A stretch of 64,000 bases of DNA, from positions 5,243 through 69,242 of the forward strand of contig JBBRQM010000004.1 of NCBI GenBank assembly GCA_038226395.1, given 5' to 3'. Source of the DNA: Pyrinomonadales bacterium. Its GTDB lineage: Bacteria > Acidobacteriota > Blastocatellia > Pyrinomonadales > Pyrinomonadaceae. Made by a program: the position numbers and the translations under genes. The notes beneath the pieces are model-generated. The model was not told the origin of the DNA. It made no database searches and saw only the letters and a program-made list of their open reading frames with translations. Below, piece by piece: positions 7,555 to 16,600 of the stretch. Each line of letters begins with the position of its first letter. The first letter of the stretch is position 1.

Positions 7555-10413
7555 ATGACAGAAACTATCGATCTTAAGAAAACAGTAAACCTTCCCCGGA
7601 CGGATTTTGCTCAAAAGGCGAATCTGGGGCAGAGCGAACCGGCACGTTTGAAGAAGTGGGGCGGGATGGGGCTTTATGACCAGATCGCCGAGGCGAGGAA
7701 AGGGCGCGACAAATTTATCCTCCACGACGGCCCGCCGTATGCTAACGCTGACATCCACATCGGCACTGCTCTTAATAAAATCCTCAAGGATTTTGTCGTC
7801 AAGACCCGCTCGATGATGGGCTTTGACGCGCCGTATGTGCCCGGTTACGATTGCCACGGTCTGCCGATCGAGACCCATGTCGAGAAAAAGCTGGCTGAAA
7901 AAGGCAAAAACAAGGACGATCTGCCGGTCGCCACATTTCGCCGTATCTGTCGTGAACACGCCGCCAATGCGATGAACGGCCAGACTCGCGATTTTTCACG
8001 GCTCGGCATCCTGGGCGAATGGCGTAACCCATATCTGACGATGTCAGCGGAGTATGAATCTTCGACCGCCCGGCTTTTCGGCAAGTTTGTCGAGCGCGGG
8101 TATGTTTATAAAGGCCTACGTCCGGTCTATTGGTGCATCCACGATCAGACGGCTTTGGCCGAGGCTGAGGTCGAGTATCGACTGCACACATCGCCGTCGG
8201 TTTACGTAAAGTTCCCGCTCAGATCAGATCCGGTTTTGATCGACGCGGCGCTCGAAGGCAAGAATGTCTCGGTTGTTATCTGGACGACGACGCCCTGGAC
8301 GCTGCCCGCAAATCTCGGCATCGCCGTTAATCCCGATTTTGACTATTCGGCGGTCGAGGTCGGCGACGACGTTTATATCGTAGCGTCAGAATTGGCGGCC
8401 GCGTTTGCCGAAACATGCGGTTTTGAAAACACAAAGGAACTCGCCCGTTTCAAAGGCTCTAAGCTCGACCGCCTCGAGGCTCAACATGCATGGCTCGACC
8501 GCGTTTCGTTGATAATGAACGGCGATCATGTGACGCTTGGCGAGGCTGACGCCGAAACGGAACTTGATGTCCGGTTTGAAAATAAATCGGCCGGCAAATC
8601 AGGCACCGGCTGTGTTCACACCGCTCCCGGCCACGGCGCGGACGATTTTGCCATTGCCAAAAAATACGGGCTTGAGGTGTATGCCCCCGTCGATGCTGCG
8701 GGTAATTTTACGGCCGATGTAGAGCATTTTGCGGGCGAAAATATTTTTAAGGCAAACCCTCAGATCGTCGAGTTTTTGCGCGAAAAGGGCGCGTTGCTCC
8801 ATGTCGAGAATTACGATCACCGTTACCCGCATTGCTGGCGCTGCAAAAATCCGGTCATCTTTCGGGCTACGCCGCAGTGGTTCATCTCGATGGATGAAGC
8901 GGCGAGAGGTGAAACCGGAGGCCTTCGTGCGAAGGCTCTCAGCGAGATCGAGACAGTCAAATGGCACCCTACGTGGGGCGAGGACCGGATGCGGAATATG
9001 TTCAAAGGGCGGCCCGACTGGTGCGTTTCGCGGCAGCGTTCGTGGGGCGTGCCGATCCCGGTTTTTTATTGTCAGGCGTGTGACGAAGCGGTCGCGGATC
9101 CCGCGATTATTGACCATGTAGCCGATATCTTCGCGGCCGAGACTGCCGATGCATGGTATAACCGCCCGGAAAGCGAACTGCTCCCCCACGGCTTCACCTG
9201 TCCAAAGTGCAATGGCGGTGATTTTCGCAAAGAGACTGATATTCTCGACGTTTGGTTCGATTCGGGTTCGAGCTGCGTCGCGGTTTTGGAAACGCGGGGC
9301 GACACGCTCCGTTTCCCTGCTGACGTCTATCTCGAGGGCGGCGACCAATTTCGCGGTTGGTTCAATTCGTCTCTGATGTGCGGACTCGCGGCGCACGACA
9401 CGGCACCTTACAAACGTGTAGTAACACACGGCTGGGTGGTTGACGGCGACGGCAAACAGATGCATAAATCGGCCGGCAACGCGATCTCGCCTAACGAGAT
9501 CGTCGAGAAATCGGGAGCCGAGATCGTCCGTCTGTGGGCGGCAGCGGTAGATTACACGCAGGATATGCGGTGCTCGGACGAGATCCTTGCACGTATCGTC
9601 GATGCATATCGCAAATTCCGAAACACGCTGCGGTATGCTCTCGGCAACCTGGCTGAGTTTGATCCCGTAAGTGATTCCGTCAGTGCCAATCACATGCAGG
9701 AGATCGATTTGTGGGCGCTGTCGGGGCTTAACGAGCTTACGGAAAAGGTGCTTACGGCTTATGAAGCGTATGATTTTCAGGCCGCCTACAATGCACTTTA
9801 TAATTTCTGCACGGTGACGCTGTCGGCCCGATATTTTGACATTATCAAAGACCGGCTCTACATTTTTGCACCCAAATCGATCGAGCGTCGCTCGGCGCAG
9901 ACCGCGCTTTACAAAATCGCCGATGCGCTTTGCCGTCTGATGTCGCCGATCCTTGTTTTTACGTCTGACGAAGCGTGGGAAAACCTGCCGGGTCAAACTA
10001 TATCGTCTGTGCATCTCACCGAGTTTCCGGCGGTTACTGATGCCGATAATTCCGGCCTGATGTCGAATTGGGAACGCATATTCGCGATCCGCGACGAGGT
10101 GATGAAGGCTCTTGAAGACGCAAGAAACGAAAAACGCATCGGCTCGCCACTAGAGGCCAAAGTCATATTAACTACTGACGCCGCGACGACACGCCTTTTG
10201 CTCGATTATTACGAGCAATTGCGATACATATTTATTGTCTCGCAAATCGAGGTGCATGAAGGTAATGCACTCAGTGTCGAGATCCAAAAAGCGGACGGCG
10301 AAAAATGCGAACGGTGTTGGAATTATTCTGTGCACGTCGGGGAATTTACCGAGTATCCGACAGTTTGCGAAAGGTGCTTTTCGGCACTCGCAGAAATAAA
10401 AAAAGCATTATGA
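7555..10413 (+). CDS. ileS: isoleucine--tRNA ligase
   Basis: 952 aa. HIGH motif ([12 protein letters not shown]), KMSKS motif (KMHKSAGN) and a C-terminal zinc finger (CERCWNY...CERC). Confidence 0.97.
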   Translation: MTETIDLKKTVNLPRTDFAQKANLGQSEPARLKKWGGMGLYDQIAEARKGRDKFILHDGPPYANADIHIGTALNKILKDFVVKTRSMMGFDAPYVPGYDCHGLPIETHVEKKLAEKGKNKDDLPVATFRRICREHAANAMNGQTRDFSRLGILGEWRNPYLTMSAEYESSTARLFGKFVERGYVYKGLRPVYWCIHDQTALAEAEVEYRLHTSPSVYVKFPLRSDPVLIDAALEGKNVSVVIWTTTPWTLPANLGIAVNPDFDYSAVEVGDDVYIVASELAAAFAETCGFENTKELARFKGSKLDRLEAQHAWLDRVSLIMNGDHVTLGEADAETELDVRFENKSAGKSGTGCVHTAPGHGADDFAIAKKYGLEVYAPVDAAGNFTADVEHFAGENIFKANPQIVEFLREKGALLHVENYDHRYPHCWRCKNPVIFRATPQWFISMDEAARGETGGLRAKALSEIETVKWHPTWGEDRMRNMFKGRPDWCVSRQRSWGVPIPVFYCQACDEAVADPAIIDHVADIFAAETADAWYNRPESELLPHGFTCPKCNGGDFRKETDILDVWFDSGSSCVAVLETRGDTLRFPADVYLEGGDQFRGWFNSSLMCGLAAHDTAPYKRVVTHGWVVDGDGKQMHKSAGNAISPNEIVEKSGAEIVRLWAAAVDYTQDMRCSDEILARIVDAYRKFRNTLRYALGNLAEFDPVSDSVSANHMQEIDLWALSGLNELTEKVLTAYEAYDFQAAYNALYNFCTVTLSARYFDIIKDRLYIFAPKSIERRSAQTALYKIADALCRLMSPILVFTSDEAWENLPGQTISSVHLTEFPAVTDADNSGLMSNWERIFAIRDEVMKALEDARNEKRIGSPLEAKVILTTDAATTRLLLDYYEQLRYIFIVSQIEVHEGNALSVEIQKADGEKCERCWNYSVHVGEFTEYPTVCERCFSALAEIKKAL

Positions 10414-10428
10414 TTTAGGTGGAGTGAT

Positions 10429-10905
10429 ATGCTAATACCTGTTGAAAAAAAAGTGATACCGAGATATGAATCGGGGGTAAATGAAATGGGATTGGTTTAT
10501 GCGGAAATCGATTTGATCAGTGTCGAGGATACATTTTTGCATCGACGGGGTGACCTGGATGCAAATAAGATAAAACAGGTTCGTGTTAACGCGCATGTTG
10601 ACAGTGGTGCTTACAACCTTTGTATAAACGAAACAGTGCAGACGCAGCTCGATCTGCAGTTTATTGAAAAGCAAATCGTTACACTCGCAGATGAAACCTT
10701 GCTGGAGGTCGATTTTGTAGGCCCCGTCGATATTCGCTTTGAGAACCGCTCGACAACTGTTCGGGCCACCGTTTTGCCGGGTGACGCTGAAGTTTTACTC
10801 GGAGCGATCCCGATGGAAGACATGGATGTCCTGATCGATCCGAGACAGCAAAAGCTTGTGGTCAATCCGAAGCATCCGTATGTTGCAACCAAACATTTGA
10901 AATAG
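10429..10905 (+). CDS. retropepsin-like (clan AA) aspartic protease
   Basis: Catalytic-type motif HVDSGAY and LLGAIPMEDMDVLIDP, typical of small bacterial retropepsin-like proteins. Alternative start at 10486 (MGLVYAEIDL). GGTGGAG SD precedes 10429. Confidence 0.65.
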   Translation: MLIPVEKKVIPRYESGVNEMGLVYAEIDLISVEDTFLHRRGDLDANKIKQVRVNAHVDSGAYNLCINETVQTQLDLQFIEKQIVTLADETLLEVDFVGPVDIRFENRSTTVRATVLPGDAEVLLGAIPMEDMDVLIDPRQQKLVVNPKHPYVATKHLK

Positions 10906-10919
10906 CCGCACCAGATAGT

Positions 10920-11552
10920 ATGGCCGTTGATTTTCAAACATTGATGTCGTCGCCGACCGCAGCGTATTCAGAAGCCTTGCGCTTCTTTAATGGAAACGGA
11001 ATGTTAAATGATGCTTTATTGAGGTTGGTGCGTGATCTTGAACGCCACTCTATCGACTATGCCATTATAGGTGCCGTTGCTTTGAATCAGCACGGATTTC
11101 AACGGCTAACTGTCGATATTGATCTACTTCTTTCGGTAGAAGGCCTTGAACGGTTTAGAGAAAAACTTGTCGGTCTTGGTTACAGGCCGGCATTTGAGGG
11201 AGCAAGAAAAAATTTCAGGACAGCGCAGGAAAATATACCGATTGACATAATCTCGGCTGGTGAATTTCCCGGTGACGGCATGCCAAAGCATGTCGTTTTT
11301 CCCGACCCTGCTGAGACTTCAATAGTCATCGACGGTGTAAAAACGATCTCGCTCGAAAAGTTGATCGAGCTAAAGTTGGCCTCAGGCATGACGGCTGGTG
11401 ATCGTTTGAAAGATCTCGCCGATGTGCAGGAATTGATTAAGTTGAAAAGTTTGGATGAGGGTTTTGCCGGTAAATTGAATGAGTATGTTCGTCCAAAGTA
11501 TTTAGAGTTATATCGTGCGGTGGCGTCGGCAAAAGACCGTATCGAGAATTGA
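10920..11552 (+). CDS. nucleotidyltransferase-fold protein (Pol-beta-like minimal NTase), function unknown
   Basis: IIGAVALNQHGFQRLTVDIDLLL fits the G-x-x-A...h-D-h-D NTase signature. There is no recognisable partner domain. Confidence 0.5.
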   Translation: MAVDFQTLMSSPTAAYSEALRFFNGNGMLNDALLRLVRDLERHSIDYAIIGAVALNQHGFQRLTVDIDLLLSVEGLERFREKLVGLGYRPAFEGARKNFRTAQENIPIDIISAGEFPGDGMPKHVVFPDPAETSIVIDGVKTISLEKLIELKLASGMTAGDRLKDLADVQELIKLKSLDEGFAGKLNEYVRPKYLELYRAVASAKDRIEN

Positions 11553-11561
11553 GGCGTAGAT

Positions 11562-12101
11562 TTGACTAAAAAAGACTTTATCTGGAAACTTGCCTATCTC
11601 GCAATCGCGGGCGGCGTATTTATGATCGACCAGACCTCTAAGGCCTGGGCGACGCGGGTACTGCATTTCGAGGGCGACAGATCGATAATTTCGGGATTTT
11701 TGAATTTTGCATATGCTCAGAATACGGGCGTGGCGTTTTCGATGCTCGATCAGGGCGGCGATACCAGCCGTTGGGGTCTCTCGGCGGTGGCGATCATTGC
11801 GGGGACGCTGGTGCTTTATTTTTTCTGGCGGACGCCGCGAACCGACGACCGCATTTTGGGCTCGCTTGCGTTGCTTCTCGCCGGTATCGCCGGCAACGTA
11901 ACCGACCGGCTCCGGCTCGGATTTGTCGTGGATTTTATCGATATCCGATTCGGCGGCTGGCATTATCCGACATTCAATGTAGCCGATGCCGCGATCTGCA
12001 TTGGCGCGGGACTGCTCATCCTTGATCTCTTTTTTAGTAAGCGTCGTCAGGCGGTGATGAAGGCTGAAACGCGGGCCGCAGGGAGTGTGCCCGAAGCATA
12101 A
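11562..12101 (+). CDS. lspA: lipoprotein signal peptidase II
   Basis: FLNFAYAQNTGVAFSML and FNVADAAICIGAGLLILD are conserved LspA blocks. TTG start as in the ORF track. Confidence 0.9.
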   Translation: MTKKDFIWKLAYLAIAGGVFMIDQTSKAWATRVLHFEGDRSIISGFLNFAYAQNTGVAFSMLDQGGDTSRWGLSAVAIIAGTLVLYFFWRTPRTDDRILGSLALLLAGIAGNVTDRLRLGFVVDFIDIRFGGWHYPTFNVADAAICIGAGLLILDLFFSKRRQAVMKAETRAAGSVPEA

Positions 12102-12170
12102 TACCCCGTCACTAAAGGCACGAACACATTCCCACTGGTCGTGTTTCCGCCTATCTGCATCTAACAACTT

Positions 12171-12992
12171 ATGTATCCTGAGTTATTCCGCATCGGCACG
12201 TTTCCTATTACCACATACGGCATTTTTTTAGCGGTCGGGATGCTGCTAGCTCTTTTTGTCGCCGCCCGGCTCGGCGCCCGCGATGGAATTCCGCGCGAAC
12301 GTATCTACGATCTCGGCCTGTGGACACTGGTCTCGGCGCTCGTCGGCTCCAAGCTGCTAATGCTCGCGGTCGAGGACAACGTCAACGTTTTATCGCTCGA
12401 TTTCCTGCGATCCGGCGGAGTATTTTATGGCGGGCTGATCGGCGGTTTTATCGCGGTCGTCGTGCTGGTTCGGCTTTACAAACTGTCGTTTTGGAAGGTC
12501 GCCGATGCTCTGGTGCCCGGTCTCGCTCTCGGGCAGGCGTTTGGGCGGCAAGGCTGTTTTTCGGCAGGCTGCTGCTGGGGCAAACCGACTACGCTGCCGT
12601 GGGGCGTCCATTTTACCGAATTGGGTCACGAATACACCGGTGTGCCGATCTATGGGCCGAATGGCGGAGCCCTGCATCTGCACCCTACACAGCTTTACGA
12701 GTCATTCATCATGTTCGCCGTTTTTACGTTTTTGTTTTACCTGCACCGGCACAAAAAATTTGACGGCCAGATCCTGATCGCCTACGGCATTATTTACTCA
12801 ATCGTCCGTTTTTTGATCGAGTTTATCCGTGATGATCCGCGTGGCGATCTATTTGGGTTTACAACACTTACAGGGCTTTCGACTTCGCAGGGAATCAGCC
12901 TGATCGTTGCCGCCGGATCTGTCGTTTTTATGACAATGCGGCTCAGAAAAGTTCAAAGTTCCGAGTTTAAAGTTTCGAGTAAGAGTGAGTGA
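12171..12992 (+). CDS. lgt: prolipoprotein diacylglyceryl transferase
   Basis: YGIFLAVGMLLAL, GGLIGG and GRQGCFSAGCCWGKPT are Lgt signatures. The C-terminus (KVQSSEFKVSSKSE) is encoded by a GTTCAAA-type heptamer repeat. Confidence 0.92.
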   Translation: MYPELFRIGTFPITTYGIFLAVGMLLALFVAARLGARDGIPRERIYDLGLWTLVSALVGSKLLMLAVEDNVNVLSLDFLRSGGVFYGGLIGGFIAVVVLVRLYKLSFWKVADALVPGLALGQAFGRQGCFSAGCCWGKPTTLPWGVHFTELGHEYTGVPIYGPNGGALHLHPTQLYESFIMFAVFTFLFYLHRHKKFDGQILIAYGIIYSIVRFLIEFIRDDPRGDLFGFTTLTGLSTSQGISLIVAAGSVVFMTMRLRKVQSSEFKVSSKSE

Positions 12993-13935
12993 AGAAACTA
13001 CATCGCTCATTTTTCACCCGGCGTCCGATGATGCGGGCGAGCGTCTCGACGCATATTTGACTGAAAACATCGATGGCTGGTCACGCTCGCGGCTTCAGCG
13101 GCTGATCGAGAATGAGGATGTTCTGGTCAACGAAAAAAGGGCCAAGCCATCGTATAAACTGCATGAAAATGACGAGATCGAGGTCGATCTGATCGAGGTT
13201 CCTTTTGCACGATTCGAACCCGAAAACATCCCGCTCGACATTGTTTACGAGGACGAATATCTCGCCGTAATCAACAAACCGGCCGGAATGGTCGTCCATC
13301 CCGGTGCGGGCGTGCAGAGCGGGACGCTGGCAAATGCGATCGCCCATAGGTTCAAAGTTCAAAGTTCAAAGTTCAAAGCTGAAGATCGTGTGGGGATAGT
13401 CCACAGATTAGATAAAGACACTTCGGGCTTGATCGTTGTTGCCAAGACGGACGAGATCCACGAGGCTCTGTCTGAGCAGTTTCGCGAGCGGCAGGTTTAT
13501 AAGTCTTATGTCGCGCTAGTGCATGGCTCGACCGATCAAAACACGGGCAAGATCGAGGCCGCGATCGGTCGCAATAAACATAACCGATTGCGGATGAAAG
13601 TCGCGACGCACGGTCGCTCTGCGCTTTCGCTTTGGAAAGTGCGGCAGCGATACGGCAAATTCACTCTGCTCGACGTCGAGATCAAAACCGGCCGCACGCA
13701 CCAGATTCGCGTCCACATGGGCTATATCAATCACCCGGTCGTCGGCGACGAGATCTACAACGAAGGCCGCGACAACACCGTCGCCGACATCCACGTTCGC
13801 AACGCGATCAACACAATGCGGCGATTTTTCCTCCATGCCGAACGGCTGTCGTTCACCCATCCCAGGACACAGGAACGTATGGAATTCATCCAGGAATTAC
13901 CGCCCGAATTGAATCAGTTTCTGGATTTGTTATGA
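12985..13935 (+). CDS. rluD: 23S rRNA pseudouridine synthase, RluD/RluA family
   Basis: S4-like N-terminus, catalytic motif GIVHRLDKDTSGLIVVAKT, and KTGRTHQIRVH. Confidence 0.9.
   Translation: MSEETTSLIFHPASDDAGERLDAYLTENIDGWSRSRLQRLIENEDVLVNEKRAKPSYKLHENDEIEVDLIEVPFARFEPENIPLDIVYEDEYLAVINKPAGMVVHPGAGVQSGTLANAIAHRFKVQSSKFKAEDRVGIVHRLDKDTSGLIVVAKTDEIHEALSEQFRERQVYKSYVALVHGSTDQNTGKIEAAIGRNKHNRLRMKVATHGRSALSLWKVRQRYGKFTLLDVEIKTGRTHQIRVHMGYINHPVVGDEIYNEGRDNTVADIHVRNAINTMRRFFLHAERLSFTHPRTQERMEFIQELPPELNQFLDLL
13351..13378 (+). repeat. perfect heptanucleotide tandem repeat (TTCAAAG x4) inside rluD
   Basis: Read directly. It is translated as FKVQSSKFK, just upstream of the catalytic HRLDKDTSG motif. 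Confidence 0.95.
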
Positions 13936-13957
13936 TTCAAGCGGAGTGTCGTGGGCA

Positions 13958-14036
13958 GAAACGCGAGTGTAAACGAGCGTGCCTCTTTTAGTTATTTCGC
14001 ACGCTCCTTTACAGTCGCGTTTCCGCCTTTATTTTA
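13958..14036 (+). terminator. nested hairpin element / possible terminator after rluD
   Basis: GAAACGCGA (13958-13966) pairs with TCGCGTTTC (14015-14023). This encloses the GAGCGTGC/GCACGCTC pair and is followed by CGCCTTTATTTTAT. Confidence 0.5.
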
Positions 14037-14038
14037 TA

Positions 14039-16336
14039 ATGAAAATTCTAACCATCGCATTCGCGTTTTGCATCGTCCTGTCGTCAATCAACATGGCTCA
14101 GACTGCTGAGATCAACAGCATTCCCAAGCCTCGCTCAGTGAGGTCCTTCGATGGAGAGAGATTTACTCTAAGTCGTAGAACCAAGATCGTCGCAAGTAGT
14201 AGCGGAGCTCTCAGGATCGCGGGAGTCTTGAACGAATTCCTTCTTAGGAGATATGGTTTTAAGATTAAAATTACTGACAAACCGCAAGGCAATAACGCCG
14301 TCTTGATCGTGATCACACCCGGTGGATGGCCGTATTCGAACCCTGAAGGTTATGGGTTAAGAATCCATGCGAACACGATAGGCCTTATAAACAGTGAGCG
14401 AGGTTCATTCAATGCGCTTCAGACGCTGTTTCAGATCCTCCCTCTCGAATCCAAAAAAGAGATAAGTATTCCCGCTCTCGAGATATTCGATGCACCGCGC
14501 TTCCCATACCGCGGGATGCACCTCGATGTTGGGCGGCATTTTATGCCGGTCGAGTTTGTTAAAAAGTACATCGACCTGATGTCCCAGTACAAATTCAACT
14601 ACTTTCACTGGCACCTGACCGAGGACCAGGGCTGGCGGATCGAGATCAAGAAGTATCCAAAATTGACCGAGATCGGCTCAAAACGGCCCGAGACCGTAAA
14701 GGACAAAAATCTCCAGCCATATATCGGCGACGGAGTGCCGCATGAGGGTTTTTATACGCAGGAACAGATCAGGGATGTCGTTGCTTATGCCAAAGCTCGA
14801 TATATCACCGTGATCCCTGAGATCGAGCTTCCGGGCCATTCATCATCGGCATTGGCCGCTTATCCTGAGCTTGGCTGCAAGGCGGATTACAAATACAAGG
14901 TGCAGACGACGTGGGGCATTTTTAAGGATGTCTATTGCCCGACCGAGAAGACGTTCGGCTTTCTCGAAGACGTTTTGACCGAAGTGATCGGCCTCTTTCC
15001 CGATTCGCCCTACATCCATATCGGCGGCGACGAAGTGCTCAAAGATCAGTGGAAAGAGTCACCCGAAGTTGCCAGCCTAATGGCTCGCGAAAACCTCAAG
15101 GACGTTAACGAGGTCCAAAGCTACTTCGTCCGCCGGATGGAAAAGTTTATTAACTCAAAGGGCAAGAAGATAATCGGATGGGACGAGATACTCGAGGGCG
15201 GCCTCGCTCCAAATGCGACCGTTATGTCTTGGCGCGGCATCAAAGGCGGAATCGCGGCCGCTAAAGAGCATCACGATGTAATAATGACGCCGACCGATTA
15301 CGTCTATTTTGACTACGGCCAGGGCGACCCGGCCACCGAGCCACTGAATATCGGCGGCTATCTCCCGCTCGAAAAAGTTTATTCATTTGACCCGGTTCCG
15401 AAAGAGCTAAACGCGGATGAGGCCAAATATATCATCGGCGGCCAGGGCAACGTCTGGACAGAATATCTGCCGACGCCCGCTTCGGTCGAATACATGGCCT
15501 TCCCGCGAATGCTCGCTTTGTCCGAGGTGCTGTGGTCAACGCCCGAGAATAAGAATTATGCTGATTTTACCCGGCGGCTTGGCCGCCAGTTTGCCCGTCT
15601 CGATCAACAAAATGTTAATTATCGAATACCTGAGCCTATAGGCCTGCGAGATGCCGTCCTTGGCAAAACCGAAGCCCCGATCCTCGCGCTAAATTCCGTC
15701 GTGCCGGACTCAAAAATTTATTTCTCCTACGATGGTCAGATACCTACGACTAAATCGTCTTTGTATGCACGTCCGCTGGGCCTGTTTAGCGAGCCTGCCA
15801 CGCCGAGGATCGATGTAAAAACCATAGTCGTACTGCCAAATGGCCGCACAAGTTCGATCTATACGGCGACCTATTTAAGGCAGCTGTGGCACGGGCCGGA
15901 ACCAGACCTCAAGGAAAAACGAGCCGGCGTTACCTACTCGATTGTCATACCCGCAAGCGGCAATTCACCCGATCCGATCATTACGAGTGGCGAGACAAAA
16001 TCGATGGGGCTTGCTCAATTTGCCAAAACAACCGATCTGAAAAAACCTTTCGGAGCGAGTTTCGATGGGTATTTCAACGCCCCGGTCGATGCGATCTATG
16101 AGTTTCAGATCGAATCGACCTGGGACGCTGATCTCTTTATTGGCGGTGAAAAATTGGTCGGCCAACTCGGCACCAAAGACCGTGCGATCCACTCTGAGGT
16201 TTTGCCGCTCAGGGCCGGGTTGCACAAGATCGGTATGCGATACAATAATCAGGGCGGCGAGCCGTTTTTCCGCGTCCGCTGGGCGATCAAGGGGCAGAAT
16301 TGGCACAATATCGGCGGCGGCGAGCTGATGCATTGA
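14039..16336 (+). CDS. GH20 beta-N-acetylhexosaminidase with C-terminal PA14-like domain
   Basis: HWHLTEDQGWRIEIKKYP and IHIGGDE are GH20 catalytic blocks. Signal peptide runs from MKILTIAF. The C-terminal segment YFNAPVDAIYEFQIESTWDADLFIGGEKL resembles PA14. The upstream in-frame start at 13979 lies in the hairpin and is less likely. Confidence 0.85.
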   Translation: MKILTIAFAFCIVLSSINMAQTAEINSIPKPRSVRSFDGERFTLSRRTKIVASSSGALRIAGVLNEFLLRRYGFKIKITDKPQGNNAVLIVITPGGWPYSNPEGYGLRIHANTIGLINSERGSFNALQTLFQILPLESKKEISIPALEIFDAPRFPYRGMHLDVGRHFMPVEFVKKYIDLMSQYKFNYFHWHLTEDQGWRIEIKKYPKLTEIGSKRPETVKDKNLQPYIGDGVPHEGFYTQEQIRDVVAYAKARYITVIPEIELPGHSSSALAAYPELGCKADYKYKVQTTWGIFKDVYCPTEKTFGFLEDVLTEVIGLFPDSPYIHIGGDEVLKDQWKESPEVASLMARENLKDVNEVQSYFVRRMEKFINSKGKKIIGWDEILEGGLAPNATVMSWRGIKGGIAAAKEHHDVIMTPTDYVYFDYGQGDPATEPLNIGGYLPLEKVYSFDPVPKELNADEAKYIIGGQGNVWTEYLPTPASVEYMAFPRMLALSEVLWSTPENKNYADFTRRLGRQFARLDQQNVNYRIPEPIGLRDAVLGKTEAPILALNSVVPDSKIYFSYDGQIPTTKSSLYARPLGLFSEPATPRIDVKTIVVLPNGRTSSIYTATYLRQLWHGPEPDLKEKRAGVTYSIVIPASGNSPDPIITSGETKSMGLAQFAKTTDLKKPFGASFDGYFNAPVDAIYEFQIESTWDADLFIGGEKLVGQLGTKDRAIHSEVLPLRAGLHKIGMRYNNQGGEPFFRVRWAIKGQNWHNIGGGELMH

Positions 16337-16403
16337 ATTAATTAGGTTGATTAGCAAAAAACAGGTCCATGCTGTAATAGTTTGTATTACAACCATTCCG
16401 TTC

Positions 16404-16433
16404 TTGACCTACTGACTGTCGGCGAATTATCAT
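16404..16433 (+). promoter_or_regulatory. candidate tRNA promoter (TTGACC, 18 nt, TATCAT)
   Basis: Hexamers at 16404-16409 and 16428-16433, about 12 nt before the tRNA 5' end. Confidence 0.5.
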
Positions 16434-16445
16434 CATAAATTCGCT

Positions 16446-16533
16446 GCCGGAGTGGCGAAATTGGTATACGCACCAGACTCAAAATCTGGCGGGCTTAACG
16501 CTCATGTCGGTTCGAGTCCGACCTCCGGTACCA
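16446..16533 (+). tRNA. tRNA-Leu (anticodon CAA), CCA encoded
   Basis: Hand-folded. Acceptor GCCGGAG/CTCCGGT, 3-bp D stem, anticodon stem CCAGA/TCTGG with loop CTCAAAA, long variable arm, T arm GTCGG-TTCGAGT-CCGAC, discriminator A, then CCA. Confidence 0.9.
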
Positions 16534-16542
16534 AAAATAATA

Positions 16543-16585
16543 GCGGCTTAGGATCAATGATGACCCCGAGCCGCATTTTTGTTTT
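16543..16585 (+). terminator. possible terminator after the tRNA
   Basis: GCGGCT (16543-16548) pairs with AGCCGC (16569-16574), followed by ATTTTTGTTTT. The loop is long (about 20 nt), so confidence is moderate. Confidence 0.45.
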
Positions 16586-16600
16586 AGTTGAACCGGGCGT

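Noticed and set aside
8599-10014. 471-aa minus-strand ORF inside ileS
   Set aside because: It is antisense to a gene with unmistakable IleRS motifs. It is Arg-rich and low-complexity, as is typical of shadow ORFs, and has no recognisable domain.
13351-13378. CRISPR-like array (also considered for the hairpin elements and the 16601-17824 repeats)
   Set aside because: The repeats are 7-nt tandem units, inverted arms, or ~290-nt coding modules. There is no repeat-spacer periodicity of 25-40 nt and there are no cas genes.
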